Source of the DNA: Callorhinchus milii
Taxonomy: Eukaryota
Direction: 5' to 3'
DNA length: 64,000 nt
NCBI RefSeq assembly: GCF_018977255.1
Contig: NW_024704760.1
Span: 2,914,001-2,978,000, forward strand
The notes beneath the pieces are model-generated. The model worked only from the letters and a program-made list of their open reading frames with translations. It was not told the DNA's origin and ran no database searches. Made by a program: the position numbers and the translations under genes. This document shows positions 25,501-43,016 of the stretch, piece after piece. The stretch's first letter is position 1, and each line of letters opens with the position of its first letter.

Positions 25501-27531
25501 TGCATCTTATGTAGGTTAATTTTGACAGCAGAACAAATTAACATGAAACTGCATGTTAATTTGGGCACAATCCATAATCAGACACAAATGATCGTCCTTT
25601 TGCAGAAATGCTGGTGGGTGCTCTTTTATCCTTTAGGCATTTGCGGTTTTAACATTGCGCTCCTACATGTTAAGACAACTTAGCCGTTTAACCGGAATAT
25701 CAGATTCTTCTTCTTTGGCCACAAACGGTATGACTCTGTTTAAACAACCCAATTCTCCCCAACATATTTGGCATTATTCAGTAACTACCAGTGCTGATGA
25801 CCTTTCCAATAAACTCGGGCTCTGCTTTGAAACAGAATCCAACATTGGGAGCATTTATGCTCTCCTTGCGTAAAGGAGAACAGATTCAAGTTCCCAGCAT
25901 CCTTTAACAGTCTCGCAATTTCAGCTTTCTTCCATTTCCAAACACCCAGAGCGCAATCAAAGGGAAGCAAACAATTACACCGCATAATACATGCGTTCAC
26001 AGAACACTTTAAGAGGAACGCAGCTTTGACGATAAACTTTTTTTAAAAAAAAAACACACAATCTCTGGACTTGGCCATTTAAACCGTACATTTGCGCCTT
26101 CATTTTTCAATATGGATTCCAAACCGATGACTCTTTTTTTTTAAAAAAAAACACACGCACGGGTCATTCACGGCTGCTCGTGACACGTGGCCTGGGCAAA
26201 CCGGTTGCTTCATTTGCTTACAAAAACAAACAATAATTGACAACATATCCCGGTGAAGCGGAGCACCACACCCGTCAGCCATGCAAAGCGCGATGCAAAA
26301 TGCACGGGTTTATTATTATTATGATCATTATGATTATTATTATTATTATCATCAATCACGTTAGCAAAGTGGTTCCTCAACAAAGCGAAGCCCGGAATAA
26401 GACGAGGATCTACAAAAACCGGCGCAGGGCCAAAATGAACTCAAAGCAGTTGGCACACAGGAGGGGAAAGTCGACGCAGGTAAGTGTGTTGTTGGGGGCT
26501 CTCTTTGTAAAGCGACCACCGTAAAAACCCACAGGGAGTCAATGGAGGGATCCGATCCAAAAGCGCTCTCGACGGAATTCACTTGGAAGCGCAGTGCGGG
26601 ACTCGGGATATCGTCCTCCCGACGTGAAAAGGTGCTGTTGTCGGGTGGTGGCAAATTGGTGTCCCGCAGCACTGGAGTGCCCTCCCTCTCCCCCTCCCTC
26701 TCCCCCTCGATCGAATATTTCTCGCTTGACGGCATAAATCAGGAACCAAAGGAGATTTGACCCCGCGCGGGGCCGACCCCGACCCGACCCCACCCGATCG
26801 CTGCTCGGTGTCAATGATCGGCGTCTTACCACGCGCCGGCGGTCGAGAGCGCCTCAGGGCGCTTCCCCCCCCCCCCCCCCCAACCCCCGGGACATTCCCG
26901 TGACCGCGGCTCGGCGGTACGTCTCGTGCGGGGCCCCCCACCCCCGCCCCCCACCACCCGCCCCCCCCGCCAATACCGGAGGCACAGGTTATTCGCATCG
27001 ATTCCGATTGCTATTCCTATGATTCCTATTATTATTAATATTATTTATTATTCGTTCACAAACCCGACATCCCGCCTCGTCACGGCTTTCGAGGCGCCTC
27101 CCAACAACAACCCTCCCCCCCACCCCTCCCCCCGACACACTCCAATTATTAACGACCCAATTATTATTATTATTATTATTAATATATATTTTTATATATA
27201 AGCTTTGGCCACCCACCTTGTCGGTGTGGGCTGTTAAATTGGTCTGAAAGCCGTTGGTGGTCTTGCAGGTGCCGCCGGCGGGGGAGGGGGGGGAGGAGGA
27301 GGAGGAGGGGGGCGACAGGTCCCTCTTGTGCAGGGGGTGAGGAAGAGCCGGAGGGGGGATGAGTCTGCGAAGCGAGACCCCCCACGGGCTCCGGTTGTCC
27401 GTCGGCCCGGCGCCCGAGACCTGCCGCCGCCGCCGCCGGTGGTGGTAAGAGAGCTGAGGGGGCCGCGCCTCGAGAGCCAGAGGCAGGAGCGCCAACAGCA
27501 GGAGACGGTGCAGGGCCGCGGCGTTCACCAT
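10584..27531 (-). CDS. SORT1: Sortilin (VPS10P-domain receptor), complete, 20 coding exons, 832 aa
   Basis: Exons (minus, GT-AG, phases consistent, total 2499 nt): 27531-27217, 22872-22813, 22093-22020, 21585-21483, 21251-21090, 20432-20359, 20012-19963, 19626-19499, 18779-18635, 18042-17887, 17405-17299, 16612-16510, 15181-15010, 14730-14540, 14002-13813, 13298-13182, 12612-12504, 11821-11709, 11186-11072, 10598-10584. Signal peptide [22 protein letters not shown]; Asp-box repeats ([15 protein letters not shown]); cysteine-rich 10CC region; TM segment followed by KKYVCGGR; cytoplasmic tail motifs YSVL and DDSDEDLLE*. Confidence 0.97.
12205..12450 (-). mobile_element. L2-clade LINE 3' end fragment
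   Basis: Minus strand ACCATTGGTGGCCGCGCCTTCAGC...AATCTGGAACACTGTCCCTCC...CTTCAGGTCACGCCTGAAGACC...GTGCTATATAAATGC, L2 terminal motifs as recalled. Similar fragments at 3650-3895 (+), 10660-10900 (-), 13575-13780 (-), 14060-14270 (-) and 51640-51830 (+). Confidence 0.6.
23455..23772 (-). mobile_element. Older copy of the tRNA-Ala-like SINE in SORT1 intron 1
   Basis: Head GTGGAGTCGTGTAGCTCAGTGGTTAGAGCCCTCGTCTCGCAAG, GTTTCCTTACTCCAC linker and shared 3' module. Confidence 0.75.
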
Positions 27532-28545
27532 TTTTTTTTCTCTCACCCCAGTCCTCACCCCCTCTCCCTCTCTCCCTCACGCACAGGCGGAGATCCCTGA
27601 GGGGAGCGGAGGGAAGAAAAAAAAAAAAACCCCCCACCGGAGAGACTCCTCTCCGCTGCGCTGCTGTCGGTTTGTTATTTACGTTCCTGCGCTCTCCTCC
27701 TCACCAACACCACTACCACCACCACAACAACACGACGACGACGACGGCCGACGAGCTCGCGAGCGACGCCTACAACCCGCCCCGCGCCAGCCGCCCGGAA
27801 ATCCCGCCCCTCTCCCTCCGCCCCCTCACCAACTGCCCGCCCGCGAGACCCCCCCCCCCCCCCCCGTACTCCTCCTCCTTCTCCATAGGTCCAGCCGCCC
27901 GTCCGTCACACAGCCCGCCCCGCCCCTCTCCCTTCACTCCCATCTCCTATTGGTTCAGCCGCCCGTCCGTCATACAGCTCGCCCGCCGCGCCTCCGCCCC
28001 TCTGCCTTCACTCCCATCTCCTATTGGTTCAGCCGCCCGTCCGTCATACAGCCCGCCCCGCCCCTCTCGCTCACTCCCATCTCCTATTGGTTCAGCCGCC
28101 CGTCCGTCATACAGCCCGCCCCGCCCCTCTCGCTCACTCCCATCTCCTATTGGTTCAGCCGCCCGTCCGTCATACAGCCCGCCCCGCCCCTCTCGCTCAC
28201 TCCCATCTCCTATTGGTTCAGCCGCCCATCCGTCATACAGCTCGCACGCTCCGCCTTCACTCCCATCTCGTATTGGTTCAGCCGCCCGTCCGTCATACAG
28301 CCCGCCCGCCCCTCTCACTTCACTCCCATCTCCTATTGGTTCAACCACCTGTCCATCCGTCCATCCGTCCGTCACGCGGTATTCTCTGCATCATTGGTCC
28401 AACCAACCGCTCGTCCGTCACGTACTTCGCCCCGCCCCTCTTATTCTCGGCTTCCCATTGGTCCAACCATCCGCCCGTCACACACTTCGCCCCGCCCGCC
28501 CCCAGTCTCCATCTCCCATTGGTCTAACCACCCGTCCGTCACATA
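26400..28545 (-). promoter_or_regulatory. SORT1 CpG island and promoter
   Basis: High GC and CpG around exon 1; ETS-like CCGGAAAT near 27795; many GC boxes and CCAAT boxes upstream. Confidence 0.75.
27878..28545. repeat. About 63-bp minisatellite, roughly 10-11 units, at the SORT1 promoter
   Basis: Unit CTCCCATCTCCTATTGGTTCAGCCGCCCGTCCGTCATACAGCCCGCCCCGCCCCTCTCGCTCA; CTCCTATTGG recurs at 28018, 28081, 28144 and 28207 (exact 63-bp spacing), with degenerate units on both sides. Confidence 0.92.
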
Positions 28546-28863
28546 ATAATAATAATAATCATTGCATTTGATATCGCGCTTTTCACGTCGGGAGGACGTC
28601 CCAAAGCGCTTCACAGAACACACTGTAAAGTGAATTGACTGTATATTTGTGGGCGAACGCGGCAGCCAATTGCGCACAGCAATGTCCCACAAACAGTCGG
28701 GGATTGAAAATGACCAATTTATTATTGTTTTGTTTTGGAGGGATTATTATTAGGCTCTGTGTGGAGTAAGGAAACTTGCCCAAGGTTTGGCCCTCTGCCT
28801 GGAATTGAACTCAGGTCTCTCACTTGCAAAGCGAGTGCTCTAACCACTGAGCTACAGGACTCA
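28545..28863 (-). mobile_element. Near full-length young tRNA-Ala-like SINE with (TTA)n tail
   Basis: Minus-strand head GAGTCCTGTAGCTCAGTGGTTAGAGCACTCGCTTTGCAAG..GAGTTCAATTCC (A and B boxes); 3' end ...GACGTGAAAAGCGC.ATATCAAATGCAA.GATTATTATT. Nearly identical to 56330-56657. Confidence 0.85.
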
Positions 28864-29968
28864 CATAGTTCCACTCCATACAGTTCTCGCACGACGAGTC
28901 GCGCGGCACAAAAGGTCTGATTTTGCTTCTCGGGGATGGACAAACGCCCGGCGTTCCGGCCTAAATCTTGCGTTCTTACGCCTAACGTCAACGAAAAATC
29001 TGCCGAGAGCAACGTAATGAAGGCGTCGGCACCGTAGGACCTCCATTTCTTTCCGGCTGCATCATCCTCACCTGCGGTTGGGTTACGTAGAACTTCTTTT
29101 ACCGGCAGGATGTTTCACTGCAATAAATTGCGATGGAAAAAAAAAANATGACCTGCTCTTGCAAGAATACGCGAGCGATCAGAGTACGTCTGCCCCTTTT
29201 GGAAGCTATTTTTGTAACGAACCGAACAAAACAAGTTCAGAGAGTAAAAATAGGAAGTTAAAAAAACAACACTGTGGCTTATCATTGTTTCCGAAAACAC
29301 TCAGAAAAATATTATGCTGCAAATATAAGAGCCCAAGAGAAGGTGGACGTCTGTCAAGTTGAAGGTTAATAGAATATTCGCTTCAACGTGAAAAATTAAT
29401 GTTCAACAGAATAATGTAGAGGCCTCCCATTCATTTTGGCAACCTGTGTTGCAGATTTACTATCGTAGGTCTGTGTTTTAATTTACATCACAAACCACTT
29501 TCCACAAAGGAAAAGCCTTTGAAAAAAAAATGAACAAAGCAATCGTTAGTTGAAACTTCCACAGCTTTCTCTTTGGTCCATTTCCCCTTTCACTTAGGGA
29601 GTGTTGATCACATTGTCAGGAACAGTTGCCGAACCCAACAGTGCAATGAATACCCATGACCCTGAATCCATTGGCCCGATACCAAGCACACTGTAACGTC
29701 ATTCACTCACTAAACAAAAAGACAAAGGGAAAAACACAGGTTCAGCTCCGCATCCATCATAAGATCTACAGCAAGGGTCAAGGCTTCAGCTCGGGCCAAA
29801 TCCCTAACTATCTGGTGCCTTGGGATGTCCTCTCGAAGTCAAAGACACTATACAAATGTTATTTGTTGTTGTTTAATGGACTTACGAAGTTTACCTGAAT
29901 TTTAACGGTTTGTTCCTTTTAGTGCAGAGACATAAAAACATTGCATCTGTAAAAGTTAAAAATGAGAG

Positions 29969-30135
29969 TTTATTGATGCAGTGCAAGTAACAAAATGCTT
30001 AATTTGATTCATAGCAATTGTCAGTTATCTATCAAATCACAGATAACAATGGAGATAAAAGTAACCGACGTAATCTGTGCAAGAACAAAAAAAATACGTT
30101 GAATTGCTCATAGCTACAATAAAATAACCTTTATT
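29969..30135 (-). terminator. PSMA5 polyadenylation signals (two AATAAA)
   Basis: tttatt at about 30130 and about 29969, downstream of the PSMA5 stop codon. Confidence 0.5.
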
Positions 30136-30221
30136 CTGTGAAACAAAACTGTCTACACAACAAGAAACTTTAATACAGTTTCAATCTGCGCCCCAGGCCT
30201 CCGGCCAAATTCACTTTTTTT

Positions 30222-35337
<5,116 letters not shown>

Positions 35338-38300
35338 GTTGACAGAAGCTGCTGTGGTCGTCGTTGTTGTTGTTGTTGTGAGAGAGAGAAAGAAAGAGAG
35401 AGAGAGAGAGAGAGAAAAGAAGAAGACAAAACAACGATTTGCAACGCGGGTCTCGATTGCTCTTTTCAATGGTCATTTAAAACAATCTGTTGGGTGGAGG
35501 GGGAGGGGAGGGGGAGGGGCCAAAAAAGAGGCCTCGGCCCCCAGCGCTGATTGGCCACCGGTCTGCCCGGAGGCGGGACCCGACCCCTGACGAACGGGCC
35601 AATGGGGAGCGCGTCGGACCTGCCCGTCAGCTCCGTGACGCGCTCCCCATTGGCCGCCGGGATTGACGGACGGGGCGCGCGGGCGGGGCGGGGCGCGCGG
35701 GGGGGGCGGGAAAGATGGCGCCCCCGCGACTGAGGAGAGAGCCCGGGCCCTGGAGTGAGGGAAGGAGGGAGGGAAGGAAGGAGGGAGAGAGCGCCGCCGC
35801 CGCTGCCCTCAGTTACCCGGCCCGTCATCCCCCGACCCTCCCCGGCGTCGGCCCACCCTCCCCTCCTCCTCCTCTCGCCAACCGACAGACGTCTGCGACT
35901 CACGAAGCAAAGAGGCGGCGGCGGCGGCGACGATGAACGAACGAACGAACGAACGAGGCGCCTGAGCCACACCGTCTCCTGTCCGGGGGGAAACTGGTCC
36001 CCGGGATCTTTGGTTCCGCTCACTTTGGTTCCTAGGCTCTCCCTTCACCTCTTCACCTCCACCTCACAGTCTCAATCAGATTATTATTATTATTATTATG
36101 ATGATGATGATTATTATTCCCATTACTATTTCACTACATTCTCAGCCACACGATAAGGCGCTGTATCAAATTGCAAGGATTATTGTTATTATTTGATGCC
36201 GTGTCCAGGATGATATATATAATATATATGTGATTATATATATATATAGAATTTATATATATATATATATATTCTGTGAAGCACTTTGAGACGTCTCAGC
36301 GACGTGATTAAGACGATATATATAATGCAAGTATTATTATTGTTGGTATTATTATTTGAGGCAGTGTCCAGAATGCCTCAAAGCGCTTTTCTGAAAAGTG
36401 CAGTGACTGCGGATTGGAAAGCGAAACACATCGTCGTCATCTTAGTCATAAATACTACTACTAACAATCCTTGCATTTGGTTACAAGTCCTTCGTCACGT
36501 CGTTGTAATGTCTCGAAGCGCCTCGCAGGATTTTATTGTAAAGTGGATTCGACTGTTTATTCCGTAGGCGAAACTGGGCATCCCAATCGCGCACTGTAAT
36601 GTCCCTCAGATCGCCGTGGAGTGAGCGACCAAATTTATTTGGGAGATTTGCTGACCAGGAAAATAATTGTGTCTTTCATAGAATTACAGTACAGCGCGGG
36701 TGGAAACGGACCATTTAAGCCCAGCCTGTCCGTGCCTCCACAACACCCTAATCCCCACTCTTGTTACCACTCTATTCCCTCCAGTGAATTCCATGTTACT
36801 TGAAATAAAACCAATTGTTGTGGGTTCGAATCTCACTTTGGAATCCAAAACGAACGGAACCAAGGATCCCAAGTACGGTTTCTAGGACAATATCATTGTT
36901 AGCGGGGAGCACCACATTGTCAGTTGGGACATTAAGCCAAGGTCATGACTGACAGCTATTCAGATGCGCACTCAAGATCCCATGAAACTATTAAAAAAAA
37001 AGGGAATTTCTATCAGCTTTCATCTCGTCTCGTGACTGTCTATGGGCACAAGTGGCTGGCACAGATCACTGTTTTATCGGCCTATAGATCACAAGGATTT
37101 TTTAAAAATACTTACACCGTTACAGCCACCAATCTAATAAATCCTGAATGATTCACTGCCACACCGGCTTGTTTAACTTTTAGGTTATTTATCAAATACG
37201 TTGGCACAGCTTTCAATCCTCATGTTCTCAGAGTGCCTCACACAGAGGTTCCTTTGTGCGCCAAATACCCAGACCAACTGTTAACGTTTTCCATCTTAAA
37301 TACTGACTAAACCTCACTGCAAAGTTTCATAGAGCCCCCAACACACCAGGACCTCCCAACCATCAGCTACGAATACATAAATTGTCTTTGCACACGCTGT
37401 AAAAATATGCTCTTGATTTGACTTGATAATTTGCTTTTGGTGTGGTGTTCAAGGTGGACACCGGAGGAGCAAAAGTTCCTGTGAAGCCTTTTGAGAATTG
37501 TCAATGACTTGACAAGGTGCTGTACCAAATGCATGGATTGAGTTAATAACGAACGAGGCAAGTCAAGACAATAAAAATATTACAATATGTAGTACTGTGT
37601 AGTCCCACTAGATGGTATTCTGCACTCTCTTTGAGTTAATGACTCAAAAACAGTCATGATTCTCAAGTGTAACCCCTAAAAATTGCACACCTTCCAACTA
37701 CGCACATGCAAAATAGCTATTGCTTCTTTGTGTATCGTTTTTAGACTCCAGGAATGTTAACGTTAAACTCGTGACAACAAGAGGAATGTTAATTTTAATT
37801 GGGTTGCCATTCTCCCTCCTTGAGGTTCAGTATGTTTCATCATCTGTATTTGTCGATGGTTTCACCTGGCAAAGCAAATGGTTTTTCAGATTGTAATTTT
37901 GTTTGCTTTGGCCTTCGGTGCAAAGGCAAACTGAATTGGATGGCTTACACGAGCAGAATCTGAAGTCTCCTGCCGCAGGAGATCAGCATCTTTCTATTCC
38001 CTGGGCAGACAGTTCTGTGGAGGGTTCTTCTCATCAGCTAATCCTGGGTGACAAGTACATTTGGAGCTAAAATAATAATCCTTGCATTTGATATAGCACC
38101 TTATCCCATCATTGAGACATCATTACGCTCTTCAAAGAATATACTGTGAAGTAGATTGTGTATTTTGTGGACGAAACGCGGCAGCCAATTGCTAATTCTG
38201 TGGCCTGACAACACGTTGTGTCATTGAATAAAATTGTTTTGCACCGTGGTAAAAATACAAATACGTAATAAAAATAACAGTTCCACCCATTTTCTTAATC

Positions 38301-41300
38301 ATTAAAGAACACAGAAACTGCTTACTTAGTGTCGGATTGTGGACTCCTGGAGCCAAGTTGTGTGCATTCTTCTCTCCAATCTCTGAAAGCAAATCCTGGA
38401 ACAATTATGGGATTCATTGGGTCATCTCCCATACATCCTGGATGATGGAGTCCAGACTTCCTTGTTTCAAGGAGTAAACATTCCTCGTAATGTTTTCAAT
38501 CACAATGCATCCTGTTGCCATAGAAATACACGTTGCTCCTAAATTGCATGATACCGATAACATGGACCTAAACAGTGGCTTTGAAGTGGTTGGATGGTTT
38601 GGAGAGATAAATAGTGGAAGCTTAGTACATTTAGGATTGCCTTGGGAAGAGTTGGGAGGAGAGGGCTGGTTGAAAATTTGAAACATTAAATGCTTTGTCA
38701 CAAAGTGGCTATGAAGACATCATTGGAAACTTACCGTACTTTAGAAGGAAGTTTCTCCCGGTGTCCTGGTCAATAATTTCCCAGATACAATTGGTCATTC
38801 GTTTCATGGCTGTTCGTGGTACATCACTGTGCACAAACTGGCTGCCACATTCTCCCACAAACATAGTCATTACACTTTACAATAAATCTTGTAAAGCACC
38901 TAGCGATGTTCCAACAAAAATGATAAGGTACTATTTCAAATGCAAAGATTAGGATAACAACATTTAAGGGCTGTTTGGATAAACGTCTGAAGAGAAACGA
39001 TATAAAAGGGTGTAGGTAAAGAGCAGAGAACTGGGTTCAGTCAGATAGTGGAGGAGCTAACAGCATAATGGACTGAATAGCCTGCTTCCATGCTATTTCT
39101 GTGATTCTATGAATTGCTATAACTTCTTGGTTATGGTAGCATCACAACGACATGACATGGTTTTTTTTGGGTCGAACGTTTCAGAGTTTTAGTTGCCAAC
39201 TAAAAGTTACAGTGGGAATTAGAATTCAAGACTTCCATAAGGATCCATTCATAACACCTCTGTTTTAGTTATAGACTGTGAACAACCCCCGGAGACTCAT
39301 AATGTGTTCTTTGTGCAAACACTGAGCCAAAGGAAAGTGAAGCAGTCATGTAAAGCGATTATTCTTTGGTAATGTAAACCCGAGTTAAGTTATTCAGACA
39401 CTAATCATCATTACAGCAGTGACCGTGACAACATGTTACGTACAGATAATGCTGAGTTATATAGGGATCAGTGTCCAGGTATTTTATGACTCATACAGTG
39501 AAATTAGTTTGACTGCTGGATGGAAGTGATTTTTCTGGCACCTGCTCAAATACAAACACTGTATCTCAATCCAAGATTACACCTCGTCTCACCTCAGTAA
39601 AACCATTTTATCTTAAAATTTAAGATCGTACAGGATTGCGGGAAATTCTTAAATTCTGTCTTAGTGCACAAGCTCTTTTCCTTTTAAAAACCGCAGAAAA
39701 CAAGCTTCCAAACTAAGATTGAATTTAGGAAGACACACTTACTGTCACTTACTTGACAGTAAGTGTGGGCAAGCTCTTGAGTTAGAAAGGTACTGCAGTC
39801 AACCTTTATTCGACCTTTACTCAACATGCCACGTGAAACCTTCCATTCCATCAAATAAGAATGATCGCCTCATTTCATGGCTGTTCGTAGGACATTGCTA
39901 TGCACAAATTAGCGGCCACATTCGCCATAAATACACAGTCTTCACAATAAAATCCTGTGATGCGCTTTGAGACGTCTTGACGGCGTGATAAGATGCTGTA
40001 TCCAATGCAAGAATTATTATTATTACTTCTCATTATTATTATTACTCCCCGTTGAGACGTTCTCCATTGAACTGGAAGTTATAAGGTTTGAGCAGCTCAA
40101 GGACATCAAATGTTATTTTGGAAAACAGGAGGAAAAGTAGGCCATGTTTCTTTGCAAACCCCAAGGTAAAGCTAATGAATGCTAAATTAATCATTCTGAT
40201 GAACAATAACTCCATTGAAAACGTCCAGGTTTCAAAACATCTCGGGCTATATTGATTGATGATGGTTTAACCTTGGCATTGAAAGAAGCACAAAGGTGAA
40301 ATCTGTTCAGTCAGATATGGTGGAACCCTCCCCACTCCCACCCCCGACCATTAATTATTCTTTAATCCACACATCATTCACCTTCATACGTGTATCACTC
40401 TTGGGGGAGAGCAGACTTTCGAAGGATCACAGATCTTAAGGCACTGCGTAATTAGCAGAGGGCGAGAAATTTCAATGCCAGTCACTATAGCCAGTCACAT
40501 CAAGCGATCCAAGACGCTGCCCTGCAGGAAGGGCGCTATATAAATGCACGTTGTTGTTGTTGTAGCTCTATCAGGTTTGAATGCTGTCCGGTGTTATTGT
40601 TTGGTGAGCAGGTGGGATATCAGAGCTTGATTTTGTTTTCACAAATATTTCAATAAGATTAGTGGAAAGCTCCCATGGTGGGGAGTTAGCACCAAATAGA
40701 CACAGTGGACTGAATGATCTTCTGTGTTGTAAACATTTTCTGCCACATAAAAGTGAATCTACACAATATAAGACTTTTGGGGGGGCATTTTAATTCTTAC
40801 GAATCAACTCAGTTGCCACTTGCTGTCCATTTGTATGTTTTATCAAATCCCAGATCATGGGACGATAGTTTGGAAGGAACCTTGACAGTATTTTTCACAA
40901 CCCAGTTCAGCACAAAAAACGACTGCGCATTTAAATCCTCCCCCCCAAAAAAAATCCATAAAATATTTATTTTTATTTAATTGAACGTGACTCATGTCTC
41001 TTCCTGTATTCTTTTCTTGAGGTACAATACAGCAACAGATCTGTGGCATTGTTCTCAAAAGAACCTGATTCTTCTGCGGTGTCTCAGAAAATTTTTACAA
41101 CAGGAATTTTTTTAAACGTTGCGCTGGAAATCCTAGTTAGCATTTCCGTGAATACATCTAGCAATGAAAAGTGAAACTGCGAAGCAACCCTAACCTTCAC
41201 TTGAGCTCCACAATTCCCAGCTACTAACTGCCCAAAGTACTTCACGAACATCGTAAAATATTAAGCGTCGATGAAACAAAATTACTTTGCTCGCTTTATT

Positions 41301-43016
41301 GATGCGGGTTAGATTTTCGGGGGGTGGGGGGTGGGGGGGGTCAGCCAGGTGTATGACACATGTCGAAACCCATCTTAAGAGTGCTTAAGGGTATCCAAAC
41401 CAAGCTGAGAATTCGCTGCATCTCACCTACCCGTGGAAATCCCAGAGATAGATTGTTAGAATGGAATGCGCTCTCTCTCTCTCGCTCTCTGGAGGGACAC
41501 ATCCTGTTTGCCTAATCCTGGAAAGTATTAGGGGTAGGTTGGCAAGAGCCAAGGGTTTGTGGGGGAGCCCAGAGTGTGCGTTGGGTTAACCGCTGGAGTC
41601 TAACTAGCTAAAACTACATAGCTTATCATTGATAGCGATGTCTGGCAAGCTTTCCAACCAGTTTAAACATTACAGATGAGCAGACGCAAGACTCCTTGAA
41701 ATCAACCTTCCAACCAAATCATCTCGAAACCTGCACAATGCCCTCAGACTCAGTTAAGCACAGTCCAGCTGTTCTGACGGCTCAGCGGGTAAAGACAAGG
41801 CCTGATTCAAAACGCTTCACTTCACCTGGAAACATAGGAAAAGAGACCATCGAGCCAGTTCCACCTGTTTAAGGCGGACAAAAGACTCGCCAGAATATTT
41901 TAATCCCAACAATAATAGTAATAATAATCCTTACATTTGATACAGCGACTTATCACGTTGTTCCAATTTTTTGGTGGGGACAGGGAAAGGAAAGGAATAG
42001 ATGGCACAGAAAGTTGACGTCTTAGTGCGTGGGGTGGAGGAGGTGGGGTGGGGGGGGGGGAGAAATTTATTTCATTATGTTTGAAAACTGTGAGAGATGT
42101 GAGGGAGGTAACAGGAGAGATGCCATGAAAGGCCAGGCAGAGGTGGGGAGAGGGTACGTCTAAGTGTGTGGAAAGATGTTTAGTGTGTTTTCTGGGAAAT
42201 TGGGGAGGGAATTTCCAGGAGGGAGGGAGAGAGAGAGAAAAAAAGAGAGGAGGGAGGAAGGCAGTGGGGTGGGGTTGTTAAGATGTTGGGAGAGATAGCA
42301 AAAGAGAAACTTAATAATATAATAACTCTTAATAACTGTGACTGTGTGTTTTTGTGGACGAAAACTGGGGAGAGAAAGAGAGAGCTGGATGGGGGGGTGT
42401 GTTGGGGGGAGGGCGTTAGTGGTTGGGGGGGGAGAGAGAGGAGAGAGAGGAAGGAAGGGGAAGCCCTTTCTTTGGTTCTCTGAGAAGCTCCTTTCTTTTA
42501 ATTTGTATTTTTTTAATATTTCTTTTAATTCTCTCCACGGCTGTCCGTCGCGCAAACTGGGCGTGCAAAACATACAGCCAATCGACCCACGAGACGTCTC
42601 GATGGCGCGATAAGTCGCTCCATAAGACGCAATTATTATTGTTATTAATATTTTGCATTTTGAGAGAAAGAGAGAGGAGTGAAGGGGAGTTTCCTTGGTC
42701 AGCCGAAAACAAGCGGAGAGAGACAGAGAGAGAGAAAAAAGGGGAAACCCTTTCTTTGACACTGGGAGAAACCCTCTATTTTGCATTCGACTCCCCTCCC
42801 CCCTCACTCCCTCCTCTCCTGGAGTACGAAAGCAGCCAGAGCTGTCACGGTAGCTTGGAGCTGTCAAAGACCTCTGGACAAGCNNNNNNNNNNNNNNNNN
42901 NNNNNNNNNNNNNNNNNNNNNNNNNNNNNNNNNNNNNNNNNNNNNNNNNNNNNNNNNNNNNNNNNNNNNNNNNNNNNNNNNNNNNNNNNNNNNNNNNNNN
43001 NNNNNNNNNNNNNNNN

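Noticed and set aside
27672-28571. 299-aa and overlapping ORFs with 21-aa repeats
   Set aside because: They are products of the 63-bp promoter minisatellite and are open in several frames on both strands.
28790-28863. tRNA-Ala-like sequences (also near 23700-23770, 48490-48545, 50215-50290 and 56580-56657)
   Set aside because: They are SINE heads joined to the SINE body, with no proper acceptor stem or oligo-T terminator.
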